Shown: in pieces, positions 1-12,784 of the stretch
Position numbering within the stretch: position 1 is the stretch's first letter
Layout: each line of letters begins with the position of its first letter
DNA from: Carpediemonas membranifera BICM
Lineage: Eukaryota > Protista > Fornicata
Assembly (NCBI GenBank): GCA_019828565.1
Contig: JAHDYR010000007.1
Coordinates: forward strand, 791,333-855,332
Direction of reading: 5' to 3'
Length of the DNA stretch: 64,000 nucleotides
Notes under the pieces: generated by a model
Seen by the model: the letters and a program-made list of their open reading frames with translations, nothing else
Told to the model about the DNA's origin: nothing
The model's database searches: none
Program-made: the position numbers and the translations under genes

Positions 1-178
1 GAGAATGCGACCCTGCATTGCGAATTGAGTGCATATTCTCGTGGAAGTGCCTGGAGTAGGCATGAGCGAGGAGACTGGGGATGTCTCCGGGGATCCTGGC
101 CGTAGCGGCGGTGGAAAGCTGATATGCGGCGATCAACGCCGCTTTGACGTCAACTGGCACAGAAATTGGAGCGTCCAT
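1..178 (-). CDS. 5' part of an RCC1-like/beta-propeller family gene (second copy of the 26142-27603 gene), running off the left edge
   Basis: Bases 1-237 are identical to 27426-27662, including ATG (178-176) MDAPISVPVDVK. Whether the copy is intact cannot be seen. Confidence 0.6.
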   Translation of the reverse strand, partial: MDAPISVPVDVKAALIAAYQLSTAATARIPGDIPSLLAHAYSRHFHENMHSIRNAGSHS

Positions 179-246
179 GCTTCTAAGCGCTCAGTCTGCT
201 CGTCGCTATCTTGTGCTGGAGTCGGGACTCGCCGACCCCCGCCGGC
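1..246. repeat. Direct duplication of 27426-27668
   Basis: Exact match 1-237 = 27426-27662, then a 3-nt CCC insertion, then GCCGGC matches again. Confidence 0.95.
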
Positions 247-438
247 TGACATGCTGCGGACGCCGAGCCCGACGCCCTCCTCGTTGCCGTAGACCTGGGC
301 TGAGACGATGTGGCGGTAGCCCATGGCGACGGCGGCCTTGACGGCCTCAGCGGCGTCGGCAATCATCCAGGTGCCGAGCCCGAGCTTCGGGATGGCGTTG
401 CCGTTAGAGAGTGTGTATTTATGTTCGAGGATGCTCAT
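247..438 (-). pseudogene. Truncated aldo-keto reductase (N-terminal ~60 aa only)
   Basis: YTLSNGNAIPKLGLGTW...AVAMGYRHIVSAQVYGNEEGVG is the AKR N-terminus. The catalytic Asp of HIDxA is Val, and similarity ends where the duplicated segment begins. Confidence 0.85.
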
Positions 439-588
439 TTGCTATCTTCTGTGCTTCTAGATCTCTTGATCATCACATCACCAACGTCGCACGCACTTCA
501 CGAAATCAACTGATGCCCGAGGCGAGCGACGCGTGATCGGCCGACCCGCGCCAGACAGAGCTAGGCAAAGTGCTTTACAAACGTAAAC

Positions 589-1378
589 TTAAACGGCAGT
601 GTAGCCGCCGTCGATGGGGAGGGCGATGCCGGTGACGTACGAGGCCTCCTCGCTGGCCAGGAAGATGGCGCCGGGATTGATCTCGCCCTCCTTGCCCCAG
701 CGGAGCATGGGGACGGAGGCCTTGCAGTAGTTGTCGAACATCTCGGTCTCCATGAAGTCCTCGGTCAGCTCGGTGGTGAAGAAGCCGGGGCAGATGGCGT
801 TGCACGTGATGTTGTACTTGGCGAGCTCGGCAGCGACGGCGCGGGTGAAGTTGATGACGCCACCCTTGGAGGCGTGGTAGGCGGGGGCCTCGAGGACCTT
901 GTTGCCGACCAGGCCGTAGATGGACGCGATGTTGATGATGCGGCCGTAGTTGTGCTTCTTCATGATGTTGCCGAAGGCGCGGGTCACGAGGAAGACGGAC
1001 TTGAGGTCGACGTCGATGGTGAAGTCCCAATCCTCGTCGGTCATGTCGAGGCAGCCGCCGTTCTTGCTGGCGCCGGCGTTGTTGACGAGGATGTCGACCT
1101 TGCCGAACTTCTCCTCAGCGGCCTTGGCGGCGGCGTTGACGGACTCGGTGGACGTGACGTCGCACTTGATGCAGAGGCTCTCGGCGTTGTACTTCTCCTT
1201 GAGGATCTTGGCGAGGGCCTCGCACTTCTCCACGCGGCGGGCCATGAGGACGAGGGCGGCGCCCTGCTGGGCAAAGGAATCAGCCATCTGCGTAAGGGGC
1301 GCTGCGGTGACAAACCTGGTAGCCGAGGCCGGAGGAGGCGCCAGTGATAGCAACAACACGGTTATCGAAGCGGAACAT
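589..1378 (-). CDS. Classical short-chain dehydrogenase/reductase (gluconate 5-dehydrogenase/FabG-like), 2 exons
   Basis: Exon 1 MFRFDNRVVAITGASSGLGYQ (TGxxxGxG) joins MADSFAQQG via intron 1288-1315. Motifs NNAG, YHASK, DGG. Very high GC3. Confidence 0.93.
1288..1315 (-). other. Spliceosomal intron, 28 nt
   Basis: GTTTGTCACCGCAGCGCCCCTTACGCAG; removal fuses the Rossmann motif in frame with the rest of the SDR. Confidence 0.92.
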
Positions 1379-1865
1379 GGATGTTTGGGATAGTTTCACG
1401 AAGCGGTGAACAAGTGGAGACGATTGGGGGCCCTTACGTCCATAGCGTATCGCATCGCATCTTCGAACGCGAATCAAGATGCAGAGTTTGACGAAGGCAG
1501 AAAATCGGGCGTAATTTCGCCGTCACGAGCGGCATGCCCTGAAAACAGCGCAGCTCAGCTCCCAGAGGCATCAATCAAATTCCGCAGTTTATGCATCAGC
1601 CTTAGCCTGCACTTTTCCATCGATTACAACGTGACGTTTCGATTCTGCGCGCATAAACTGCACCAACTAAACTGCGCGGTGTTTGGAATGGGAATTCGGA
1701 TGGGAAGTGGAGGATGTTCGAGGATTGCTGTAATCAGTACATGCAATGCTGCTCAGATGATGCAGACAGGCGGCTGAGGCATCGTCCTGGGCAATGGTCA
1801 GCATGATCGTTGCCACAAACTGCACATTTATACAAAGCACCGCCAGCCACTCCAGCGGCCCCCTC

Positions 1866-3440
1866 TCACTCCTCTGAAGCCGCCAGGTAGTCGCCGATCT
1901 CATCCTGCACGGCGATGCACTTCTCGATGGCTCTGATGTAAACGATCGGATAGTGGTGAAGCACGCACGCCTTATGGACGATGATTCGACCAAATGACTC
2001 GTTGTCCACGTCATGGGCGAAGAGATACTCCTTCCCCAGCCCAGCTAGCCGGCCCATCGTCTCCGTCAGGGGGTTCTGGAGGATCTCCCGGACCGGGAAG
2101 GGCTCGTCGACCCCGGGAGCCTGGGGCGAGGGGTGCCCCGCCTCCCTGTACGCCTCGACTCCGCGCCGCAGGGCCTCAGCGTCGGCCTTGGCCAGCCCGC
2201 TGATCCTGATGGCCCGGCCGGCGGGCAGGAGCGGGGCGAGGTGCAGCGATTCGTGCGTAACATGCTCTTTCTCGACATGCAGCTTCGCTTGTAACCGGCC
2301 ACAACACCCACAGAACGGCAGCGCTAAAAAGAGCCGGACGATCCAGCTGCGTTGGTGTCGGGTCGTGACCTCGACCTCCTCACCGTCACTCGCGTCACTC
2401 TCCTCGTCTGTCTCGCACTCGCATGTGTCTCCCAGCGCCCTCTCCTGCATCCGTATTGTCTTCCTCTTCAAGTGGCTGTGGATCATCTTTTCGAGTCGAA
2501 GCTGGAGCCCACCATCAGCGAGGGTTGGAGATCGATCGAGGAGGCTGGTGACGTCCTCTGCTAGGAGTTGAAAGGACTGGTAGGAGAGGCGCGGGACGAT
2601 GTCTGTGCTGGTGGCGAGGGACGTGACGATCTCCTTGCTGCGATCGACCAGATCGGCGCTGAACACGCTGGGGCAGGCGAAGGCGAAGCAGCGCACGTTG
2701 AACTCGTCCTTCAGCATCATCGCAAGAATGGAGCCAACGCTGCCGCCGAGCGAGTGCCCAGTGATCGTCACAGGGTAGTCTGCCCCCCTCACCGCCACCA
2801 CGCGTCGCAGCTCATCCCGGATCTCGTCCACAATGTTCTCCGCTGTCCGCAGCATCCCCTTGTGGCACTGCCCGCCCATGAAATCTGACGCACTCGCCAC
2901 GAGGTCCGTGATGGCGTCGCACACGTAGTATGTCCCCCGCAACGAAATGACAATCTCCTCTTTGACCTTGTGGTCTAGAATGAAGTAGGCGCAGCGGAAT
3001 GCCTCTTGCTTATCGGGAAATGACATGACGAGAATGTCGTCGCTGGTGCCAGTGGTGTGGGCGTCAACGAGCAGAGCAACGTGCTCAGAAAAGGACCCCT
3101 TCGCCCATTTTGTGATTACCGAGGCGCTTTCGGTTATTACACCATCATCGCTGCTTCGTTCGACGTCGCACTCGGCGTAGAGGTAGCTGGTCGGCCCGTA
3201 CGATGCCACTGAGAAGATCAAGTTGTCATAGAGGTCAAGAAGAAGCTCTCGGGGGATTAGCTGTGATGAAATTGGCTCGGGACATTTTGGACTCTTGAAT
3301 CGATCTGGATCGAGCTTCTTGAGCTCGAAAAGGGCATATGCCACAGCTTCCGGAGGGATGCTGAGATCTTCGAACAGCGAAGCGAAAGTATCAATTACTT
3401 CTGGAATGGCACTTAGTCCAATCCGTTTGAGCGTCTCCAT
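1866..3440 (-). CDS. Class-3 lipase (diacylglycerol lipase-like)
   Basis: IVISLRGT, HKGM, ITGHSLGG nucleophile elbow, DIVPRL. Start uncertain (ATG 3440 or 3557). Confidence 0.85.
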   Translation of the reverse strand: METLKRIGLSAIPEVIDTFASLFEDLSIPPEAVAYALFELKKLDPDRFKSPKCPEPISSQLIPRELLLDLYDNLIFSVASYGPTSYLYAECDVERSSDDGVITESASVITKWAKGSFSEHVALLVDAHTTGTSDDILVMSFPDKQEAFRCAYFILDHKVKEEIVISLRGTYYVCDAITDLVASASDFMGGQCHKGMLRTAENIVDEIRDELRRVVAVRGADYPVTITGHSLGGSVGSILAMMLKDEFNVRCFAFACPSVFSADLVDRSKEIVTSLATSTDIVPRLSYQSFQLLAEDVTSLLDRSPTLADGGLQLRLEKMIHSHLKRKTIRMQERALGDTCECETDEESDASDGEEVEVTTRHQRSWIVRLFLALPFCGCCGRLQAKLHVEKEHVTHESLHLAPLLPAGRAIRISGLAKADAEALRRGVEAYREAGHPSPQAPGVDEPFPVREILQNPLTETMGRLAGLGKEYLFAHDVDNESFGRIIVHKACVLHHYPIVYIRAIEKCIAVQDEIGDYLAASEE

Positions 3441-3876
3441 CAGGAGGATGTCATGGCGAGAAAGATGCTTAAAAGTGCGCGCTCTTGTCCTGGAAGGCCG
3501 GGGGTACACAGTTGTCGAAGACTCCGCTCTCACTTGCTGTAGCAGCTGTGGTTTCATTCTCGCAGTGAAAGCTATCGTCATTTGGCATTGGAGTCCTGGG
3601 GTCTGAACACCAGGAGACAGCCTCTGCCCGTGCTGGGCATACGCAAGGAAGAGACACCTTCAACTACCAAGGTGTGCTCTTCATCGCCACTCCGTAAGTC
3701 GGGGCGGGTCAAGCATCAACAAGAACGGCCATTCCTGGCATCAGTGCGTCTGCCGGGCAGGGCCACGTGCGCAAACCACTGCCGCTCAACTCACCCAAGA
3801 CGGCCGTTCCCCAGTCCTCCTGCATAATCTGCACCTTCTTTTGGTTTTTCGTTCGCTTCCTCATTCAAGCATCTGA

Positions 3877-6259
3877 ATGGATAGCGAAGAAATTGCAGCA
3901 GTATTTAACAAGCTAGCTTCAGTAAAGAAGCTTACCGACTATGACGAGCCGCTTCACTCATTAACTAATCTGTTTGTCCACCCATTCTCCGAAATGGCAC
4001 TAACACAGTTCTCTTGCGGACGAAGTCAAGGTCGAAATCAGCCACAATATATCATATGTCAAGATCCTCGTCGATATTCTGAAGAAGTCCGTCGAGGCGA
4101 CCAAAACACCACCCTCGCTCAAGAACGTCCTTCGCGTCATCACCAACATCTCCGTGAACGAGCAGAACCGCGTCCACATCCGCAAACTCAACGGTGTCGC
4201 CTATGTCCTCCAGGCGCTCACCTCCAGCGACCACGAGACGATATGCTTTGCCCTCGCGGCCGTCATTAACCTCACTTCCGACCGAGTCTCGGCGACGGCC
4301 TTCCGCTCATCCGGCGGGCTCAAGTCTATCGTCAAGGTGTTTCAGAATGCCAACAACAACCAGTCCCTGGTGCGCTATGCCCTCCGGTGCGTCTGCAACC
4401 TCGCGTCCATCGACCCAGACCGCGCCTTCCTCGCGGAGGTCGGCCCACTCGTCCACGCGGCCATTAAGGCGACCGAGGACCCCGATTCCCTCATATACGG
4501 GCTCGGGGCCCTCCTCCATCTGCTCCAGCACGTCCCCGCGGAGGCAGCCAGCCTAGTGGGCCTTGACACCACGATGTTCAAGCTCATGAGGACCCAGTCT
4601 GACTCGAGGATGATCAGATACGCCATCGCCGTGACCAACATCATCGCCCAGCAGCCCTGGGCCGCAGAGTCGTTCCGAGCTGGACTGATTAAGGCGTACA
4701 ACAGCCTCACAGACGTTGAGGACCCTAAAGTGCGCGCTGCAGTGTGGCAGGGCCTAGTTGCCCTCGCAAGCACCCCCCTCCCGTCCAAGGGGAACAGCGC
4801 CGAGCTGATGCAGGCGAACGAGCGTGCCCGCAAGGCCGAGCTCGAGCTAGAGATGGCCAGGAAGCGCCCCGCAGCCAACCCCGACGCCAGCGAACGGGTG
4901 GCCATTCTCGAGGCTGAACTGGCCGCCCGGGACGCCAACGGGAGCGACCAGGAGAATGTCTTCACCGAGCAGATCAGGGTCTTCGCGGCGGCCGTCAAGA
5001 AGTACAAGGCCCAACGCCAGCAGGCCGTGGCAGACATGGAACTCGCGGTGCAGCAGAGAGACACGGCCGAGGCCACTGTGGTCGGGCTCAAGTCTGAGAA
5101 GGAGAAGCTCGAGGGCCGCGTCGCAGACCTCAAGTCAGAGTTGGTGCAGTTTAAGGCAAACTCAGACCAACTGCATGCCCAGTCATCGGACGCCACGGCC
5201 AAGATCAAGCTCCTGCAGCAGGAGCTCGACACCGTGTCTGTAGGCGACAATATTTCGGCACTTCTCGAGGAGATCAAGACGCTTACCAGCCAGCTTGAGA
5301 TGGTACGCACTTCTCTCCGGCAAAAGGAGGAGGAGAACGCTAAACTGCGTGACTCCGTCGCCGCAGCGGAGGCAGAGGCGAAGTCACATGCCGCCAAGCT
5401 CGAGCGCGCCGAGCAGACGAAGGGCGACAGCCGACAGGTCATCACCGACCTCAAGGCCGAAGTCGCCTCTCTTCAGGCCCAGCTCGAGTCCGCCAACGCC
5501 CGCGTGACCGTTCTCGACCAGGAGGTGACGATCCGAGACCGTGACCAGCCCGCCCTCGAGGCCAGTCTGAGGGAGCGCATTGCCGCCCTGGACGGCAGCG
5601 TGGCCGTGCTCAGAGGCGAGCTGGCTGCTGCACGGGTCGAAGCTGACGCTGCTAGGGCAGACCGGGCGGAGCTTGAGGCCGAGACGAGCGGATCGGCCAA
5701 GGCAATCGAGGCCCGCGAGGCAAGGATCACTGTGCTGAAGCAGGACCTCGAGGCTGCCAAGGCTGAGTGCGCCCGGTTGCGGCAGGAGACGGTGGACGCG
5801 GGGGAGCGCGTGACACACCTCGAGCGGGAGGTCAGCGCCGTCTCGAAGGGCGTAGACGCTGGTGTTGTCGCCGAGGAGCGTGCCGAGGCCCTTCAGCAGA
5901 AGCTCATGGCTGCCGCGAAGAGGGAGGCTGAGCTCCACCAGCGCGTCTCTGCGCTCGAGGAGGAGGTCGCCACGCATGCCGCTGAGCTCCAGCAGGTCAA
6001 GGGCAGTGTCTCAGCTTCCCAGGACAGGACCTCGGAGCTCCGTGCTGAGCTCGCCGCGACGCACAGTCAGCTCAAGGAGGCGTCTGCCCTCGAGACTGAG
6101 GCCTCTGCCAAGATCCGCGAGCTGCAGGCCGAGATCACGGTCAGGGACCAGCAGGAGCGGAAGATGCGGGCCCAGCTGGACATGTTCCTGAAGTATTCTG
6201 ATGTGTTCCTCGGTGATGACGCGGACTCCTTGATGAAGGACGCCGTGGCCGGTCTTTGA
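3877..6259 (+). CDS. Armadillo-repeat N-terminus plus long coiled-coil protein, 2 exons
   Basis: Intron 3972-4008 joins MDSEEIA... in frame to the 4154 ORF. ARM-like helices (LRVITNIS, LAAVINLT, LRCVCNLA) are followed by a heptad-rich region. Confidence 0.85.
3972..4008 (+). other. Spliceosomal intron, 37 nt
   Basis: GTTTGT...ACTAACACAG; removal restores the frame (CT|T). Confidence 0.9.
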
Positions 6260-6410
6260 GCCGAGCCGCGGCTTAAATTGTACCAGTATTAGTGTTGGTA
6301 GATGTAGTTTAGTGAGTGTAGTTGGTTGCTGCGGTCCATTGTGCCAGATTACGTGATTCGACTCCTGCGGAGTTGCCTGGCCAGCCACATTGAAGTTTGT
6401 CAAGATCAAG

Positions 6411-7073
6411 ATGTCTGATGCGCCTACACTGTCATTGGAGGTTCCATTGGACATAGATAACAATGAATCGGCGTACAATATGAGCGATAGAGTTCACATC
6501 TGTCGCACTTCTTCGCAATCGAATCGATTGGATCTCCACGAAGCCCCCAAGAACTATGGCGTGGTAGTTCCTCACATATTCCGCTCTTCGTGCCCTACAG
6601 ATGCCAACCTCTCATTCCTGGCGGCCAATGATCTCTCAATGCTGCTTCCGCTCACGCCCGAGATCATGTCCCCGGTGCCCTCGGCGATCCGCCTCCCTGC
6701 TGCCCGGGAGCTCTACTGCCTGCCTTCCACCAAGTACTGCCAGCCCGACAAGAAGCTCTATTCCGTGGTGATCGCTTCAGTCAAGTTCATTCTCCAACAT
6801 CAGGAGCCCCTTCTCCTCCACTGCAACAGCGGACGTCACCGCACAGGCGTCGTCATCGGATGTCTCCGCCGGGTCATGGGCTGGTCTATGAGCGCCACCT
6901 TGGCGGAGTACCGCATGTTTGCCGGGAGGAAGACCCGGCTCCACGACATGCATCTCATAGAGCTCTTCGACCCTGCCAGCATCGACGTGGCATCTCTTAA
7001 TCTGCACCCATGGTTCCAGACGTACTTTGACGTCCTCAAGGAGCTCACGCCGATTTCTGGCGTGTTCAAGTGA
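6411..7073 (+). CDS. Siw14/PFA-DSP family atypical dual-specificity phosphatase
   Basis: PKNYGVV...IFRSS, LLLHCNSGRHRTG (Cx5R), CLRRVMGW, EYRMFAG. Confidence 0.85.
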   Translation: MSDAPTLSLEVPLDIDNNESAYNMSDRVHICRTSSQSNRLDLHEAPKNYGVVVPHIFRSSCPTDANLSFLAANDLSMLLPLTPEIMSPVPSAIRLPAARELYCLPSTKYCQPDKKLYSVVIASVKFILQHQEPLLLHCNSGRHRTGVVIGCLRRVMGWSMSATLAEYRMFAGRKTRLHDMHLIELFDPASIDVASLNLHPWFQTYFDVLKELTPISGVFK

Positions 7074-7354
7074 GAGACATGGCGGGATGAAGTTCATGTC
7101 TGCCCCTGGCTTGAGTGCCATTGCACGCGTTATATTCTTTAAACAATCGATTTTGTCGCGGGTTGGCTTGCCTGCGGTGCTTTGCTATTTGGCCAGATGT
7201 CAATCATGGCCATTTTGGCGAAATGGGGGCATCAGACTGATGTGGCCATGTACATCGTACTCCATGATACCATCCTCAACCCTCGCACCAGGAGACGATC
7301 TCCGGGCTGGGTCAATTCGAGATCCGCCTCAACGAAACTGGCGACAAAACCTTG

Positions 7355-10300
7355 ATGGAAATCCACTGCGATCCTAAGGACGTAATCGCCAACCTGCTTA
7401 TACAAGCAAATGACGATGATGCGGATGTCAGAGCGACGATTCGTAGCGTCATTGTGGAGCTTGCTGCCAAACAAGCTGATTCCATCATCGAACATGCGAT
7501 AGAGTATGTTATACAAGCTATTCATCCGTTTCTTACCCCAGGTTCATTCCCATGAAGCTTACGACGAAGCACCGCGTCCTCATCATGGACATCCTCGCCT
7601 CTGTGTCGGATGCCCATCACGACAAGGTCTCCGATTCCCTGGCCAACAAGGCCATCGAGTTCGCCGTGAACATCGTAGCCACCAACCCCAGAGAGGTCAA
7701 CACCGACTTCTCTCTTGCCGTCTCGCGCTTCCTCCTACCCTTTGCCCGCTCGGTTCCAGCCCTCCTCTTCGCCTCCCTGACACGCCACGTGTCGCCCCAG
7801 GCCCTGCCCCACTACCATATCCTCCTCTCCCTCTCAGACCTGGCAGACGCCAACCCCAAGTTCATTGTCCAGCACGCCAAGACGCTGCTCACCCAGCTGT
7901 TGTCTGTTACGGGCAAGGTCACGAAGGACCAGATCAGATACGCTGTATCTAGACTCCTCGGCCGTCTATTCAACTCGATCATGACTCACGGCGAGTCGGC
8001 GGGCGTGTCACCCGAGATGGTCGGGGCCGACGCCAAGGCAATCTTCGACCTGCACATCGGCGACGAGGCCCGCAAGCTCAAGGGGTGGCTGCAGCTCAAA
8101 GACAGCCTCGTTCGCACCGAGGCGTGCCTGACGATCGGCTCTCTTGCAGGCCTGCTCGACACGATCACGTTATCTTCTCACATCGAGAACCTCATCGCGA
8201 TCTTCATGAAGCTTCACGCCAAGGAGAAGAACTCTGCCGTCGTCTCCCTCGGGTTGTCCAGACTCATGGCTGCTGCAGAGGCCGCGGGCGTGCTTCCCGA
8301 GGCGCTCGCCACTAACACCGTCCTCGCCCTCCTACCTTCGGTGTACGCGGCCAGCGAGGAGGACAAGCGCGACGCCTCCTACGTCGCTGCGATCATCGTT
8401 CACTGCGCTAAGGCCCACCTCGACTCCGTGCTCCTGCTCCTCCTCAAGCAGCTCGATGCGGCCTCGTCCCAGCGCCCAGCGGTGCTTGCAGCCATCCAGG
8501 CCCTCGTGCTGAAGATGGACGAGCAGCTTGCTAGCAAGAAGGAGCTCATTGTCAACGGCCTGGAGGTTGTGACGCTGGACACCGATATCCTCGTCCGCAA
8601 GGCCTTCGTCGACCTCGTGGATGCACTCGCGCCTCGTGGATACCTCGAGTACGGCAGCGGCGTTGCCCTGACCCGTTTCCTCATTACCCAGTGCTCGATT
8701 GCGGACGAGAACATCGCGTCGTACGAGGAGATGATGAGAAAGAAGCGCACCACCCTCCCTTTCAGCATCACCGACCTCCGCCAGCATGCCCGCGAGACGC
8801 TCGCCCACGCTGCCGCTGACCCCGCTCTCCGCAAGATCTTCTGGCCCCAGCTCTTCGCGTTCATCCCCAACCCCCGCGCCCGCGCCGGCCTGCCCACTCT
8901 CTGCTCCGCCCTCACAGCCGTCGCCGAGGCGAAGCTCGAGGACGGGGAGGAGCTGTATCCCCAGACAGTCTACATGGACATGCCCAAGCCGACCGAGCTT
9001 CTCGTGCCTTTGCTGGTCGCCATGCGCGACCCATTTGGCGGCGATGAAGGCAACCTTGGCGCCCGCGTGATGCCTCTTCTTCGCCACCTCGGTCCGTTCA
9101 TCCACGAGAAGCTCCAGACGGCCTTCGCCGAGGTCATGGAGCAGGCCGAGGACGCCCTCGTGCCTGATGTCAAGCCCGACGTCTGGCGTGAGACGGTGCA
9201 CTCGGTCCTCAAACGAATGATTCAGATGGTCGGTGACGACGTCTGGCTCGTGGAGCTCGGCAAGGCGTTCCTTGCGGCCCTGCAGCAGCAACACAGCAAC
9301 GAGTACCGCGCCTTCGTCATGGAGATCATTGGCGTCATCGTGAGCTGCTCACAGCAAAAGACGTTCACGACCGCCGCCCTCGCTAACGTGATGAACGCCG
9401 TCGACGACACTGTCGACGTCCTGGGCGATGCCGTCGCCTACGCATTTGGCCAGGCTGCTCCCGTCCACCTGGACACCACCCTCGTCGAGATCAAGAAGAA
9501 GTACTCGTCAATCGACCTCAGCCCGAAGAAGAAGAGCAAGAAGAAGGCCCAGGGCCCCGCTAATGAGCCCATCGTCCGGACAATCGTGCTATGTCTTAGA
9601 TCAGTGCTCGCTGCGGCCCAGGGTGGGTCCCTCGCCTCGTATCTCGACCTGCACGTCATCGAGAAGCTCATCGTTTTCCTCGAGCAGGAGTGGCCCGAGG
9701 AGATCACCGTGGCCCTGTTGGAGGCCGTATACCAGCTGTCCGAGGCCGCCTTCCCTGATAGAATCAAGGCACAGTACACGTTCTCCAAGAGAGACACCAT
9801 CGTACAGCTGGTGATGGGCATCATCGTGCCGGGCTTCCCCTCGCCCAGGGCCGGGGCCATCGCGTCTGTGCCCCCTGCCATTCGTCTCGAGGGCATCAGG
9901 GCCATAAGGAGCCTTATTCTGCACCGGAAGGTCGACGCAGAGACTGAGCAGAACCTCATCTCCTGCGTGCTTCGGTTCCTCAACATCCCAGCCACCCAGG
10001 CCGACGCGGCCGTCATCGCCGAGGAGGTCCAGCGCATCGTCATCAGCACACTCAACCTCGACCCCTCGCCTGGCACCCTCATCCGCGTCATAGGCAAGGT
10101 CATCCCGTACCTCCACGGGTCAAACCACCCCGCCACTCGTAAGTACGCCTTAGGCGTAATCAACAGATTGGCCAAGGCCTTCCGTGATCGGCTTCGTGAG
10201 GATACTGTTGGTGAGGACGCGCCGCTCAAGATGGACCTTTCTGACGACATCAGCGCCCTCTGCCCCGTGCTGGCCGCCTGCATCGCCCAGACCGGCGACA

Positions 10301-12234
10301 AGGACGACGTGGAGATCCGCCGAACCGCCCTCGAGAACGTCGGCCTCGTGCTTTATTTGATGCATGTAATCGTCAAGGTCCGCGACGCCCGCCGGACCAA
10401 CGAAAGTATGGAGGGCGTCCTGGCCGGCCAGGAGGGCTTGGCGAACATGGGAGAGGTGATCAAGGAGGCCGAAGAGATCAGCACGCTCATCGCGGCCCTC
10501 ACTGACCTCGGCGGCGTCATCCTCGTCACGGTAGAGCAGGATTACCACTCCATGATCGCTGCTGACCTCGTTGCCCACTTCTCTGACCCCCTTTCTTCCG
10601 TGGGCCAGTCCTGCGCCATCATCATCAACGTCCTGCTGCAAGTCGGCGAAATCTCCTTCTATGGCGACGCCGGCATCCAGCTCATGGAGCGTCTCGTCGC
10701 TTCGCTGCCCATGGTCGCAGACACCCGCGTCCGTTCCAGGGCCTTAAAGTGCGTGCAGACTTTCGCCCTCCGCAACCACACCGCCATGATCGACCTCCTC
10801 CTGGCCCAGCAGACGGACGCTACCCACGTCGCCGAGATCTCCCGCACGCTCTTTGTCGAGCCAACCCTTGCGGAGAAGTCGTTCCCACCGGTCATTAGGA
10901 CGCTCGTACGCTCGAGCGAGGCTATGGTTGAGGACTCTAACGGCCAGCTCACAGCCTCCAAGAGCGCTGACACCGCGGCGTTCGTGCTCACCTCTGCGAT
11001 GGACCTGCGCACGGAGGATTTCATGGCGCATGTCTCGCAGCAGCTCCCCAACATACTGGCGGCCGCCATCCTCAGACTCGGGGCCGTCCGTAACGACCCT
11101 TCTGCCACATTCCGCGCGGTGTCGCTCATCGAAGCCTGTTTCGCGGTCAGAGATTCAGTCAAATCTGATTTCGATAAGATTCACCCCAGATTCGCTAGTA
11201 TGTCAATCCGCGATACCATCAACGACAACCTCGCGGACGGCCTGACCACGGTCATCGAGCTGCTCGTCGAAAACGACGACGTGCTGCTCAAGGCGCTCTT
11301 CACGTCACTAACGCCCCACCTCGGCTCCACAATTGTCGGGCAGCGCCTGGCCGCCGTCATCTCAGTGGGCAAGATGCTGGCATATGCAGGCGAGGAGACG
11401 AACCACATCCTCAACGCGCTGCTCTCCCGGTCTACCGACAACAACAACGAGATCCGTCTCCGTGTGGTCGAAGGGCTCGGCAACCTCGTCTTCGTCGAAT
11501 CAGCCACCGTTGACTCCTTCGCCTCGCCCGTCATCAACGCGCTCCTGAGCTCGATCACCCCTGACGCCCCCGAGGACAACATCCTCGCTGCCCTTGGTTC
11601 CCTCAGCTCCGTCGTGGACAAGGTCACTGTGCAGTCTATCGCCCCCATGCTTGTCAACATATGGCACCAGGCGAAGGCCCTCATCCGCCGTCAGAAGCCC
11701 GACCTCAAGGTTGCTGTGCTCGACATGATGACGATGATGAGCTCGAAGTTCGGCGACAATGAGGCTACGCTGGACAACTACACGACCCAGTGCGAGGAGA
11801 CTGTCGCCTACTGGACGATGATGCTGGTCGACCCCAACCCTCGGGTCATGCTCGCCTCCCGCCGCTGCATGCGCATGTCCATCTCCTACTGGGCGTCTGA
11901 GGACTTTACCGCGCTCGTGGAGGAGCGTTCATTCGACCCTGACGCCGCTATGGACACGGTCGACACGCTCGCTCGCATTGCCCTCATCGTGGCGGACTCG
12001 GCCCCGGCCCTGCTCTCGACCTTCGCCGAGGTTGCCGCCTCTAACCTTCGTTCGGAGACGCCGCAGTACCGTGAGGCCGCTGCTGTGCTCCTGGGCCACG
12101 TCTCTTCGTTCATGCCCGGTGCCGAGCGGGACAAGATGGGCTACTCGTCGATGCTGCTCAGCCTGCTGAGGGACCCCGTCCCCAGCGTGAGGGAGAGCGC
12201 CGTGCGGATGTTCGCCCTCGAGATGAGGGATTAG
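7355..12234 (+). CDS. Large HEAT-repeat protein, Maestro (MROH1)-like, 2 exons
   Basis: Intron 7504-7541 joins exon 1 (MEIHCDPK...) to the 1560-aa ORF. Helical HEAT repeats throughout; PHYHIL and FWPQLF segments resemble MROH. Confidence 0.75.
7504..7541 (+). other. Spliceosomal intron, 38 nt
   Basis: GTATGT...TCTTACCCCAG; GA|G restores the frame. Confidence 0.88.
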
Positions 12235-12337
12235 GAGACTTATAAAGTTTGATCATGGGGCAGAGTCGGATGGATCCGGTGAAGCTCAACCTGACAATGC
12301 TCAAAAGCGTAGTGTAGCTCGGTAACGGGACCAGATC

Positions 12338-12784
12338 GTGACCGGGGCATGGGCTGGGCATGACATGACGCTCCTGCTCACCCCTATGGATCTGGCCTTG
12401 ACCGGGGGTAGCCAGACGTGGTTCGTGGGGTCGGTCGACGTGGATGGGTCGACGGATGATTATCTCCCTGTACCCTTGCCCAAAGGCTTTGTGCCAGATC
12501 ATATCATGATTGAACCGGAGTTGTTTATCGCGTTTAGTTGTCACAAACAGCTGATTACTGGTTCAAACGAGGGTGGTCGTCTTGGGTTAGGCCATCGAGA
12601 GTCAATTGCATATTTTGTAGAAACACTTGTCTGGGTCAAATTTGTCAGTTCAGTCAACTTTGAAGGAATTGGATTCAACATATACAGAGCGGCAAGTCAC
12701 TCCTGCTTTGCGGTCGAGTCCCTCCTTACATGTGGAAGACGGGCCTCCTCCCCGAATCCAGTCGGGAGTTCGGCCAAGCGTTAG
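12338..12784 (+). pseudogene. Internal fragment of the RCC1-like family
   Basis: PVPLPKGFVPDHIM and GSNEGGRLGLGHR align with PVALPDAFAPDRIM and SNNSGQLGLGHR of the 26142-27603 gene. No N-terminus. Confidence 0.65.
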
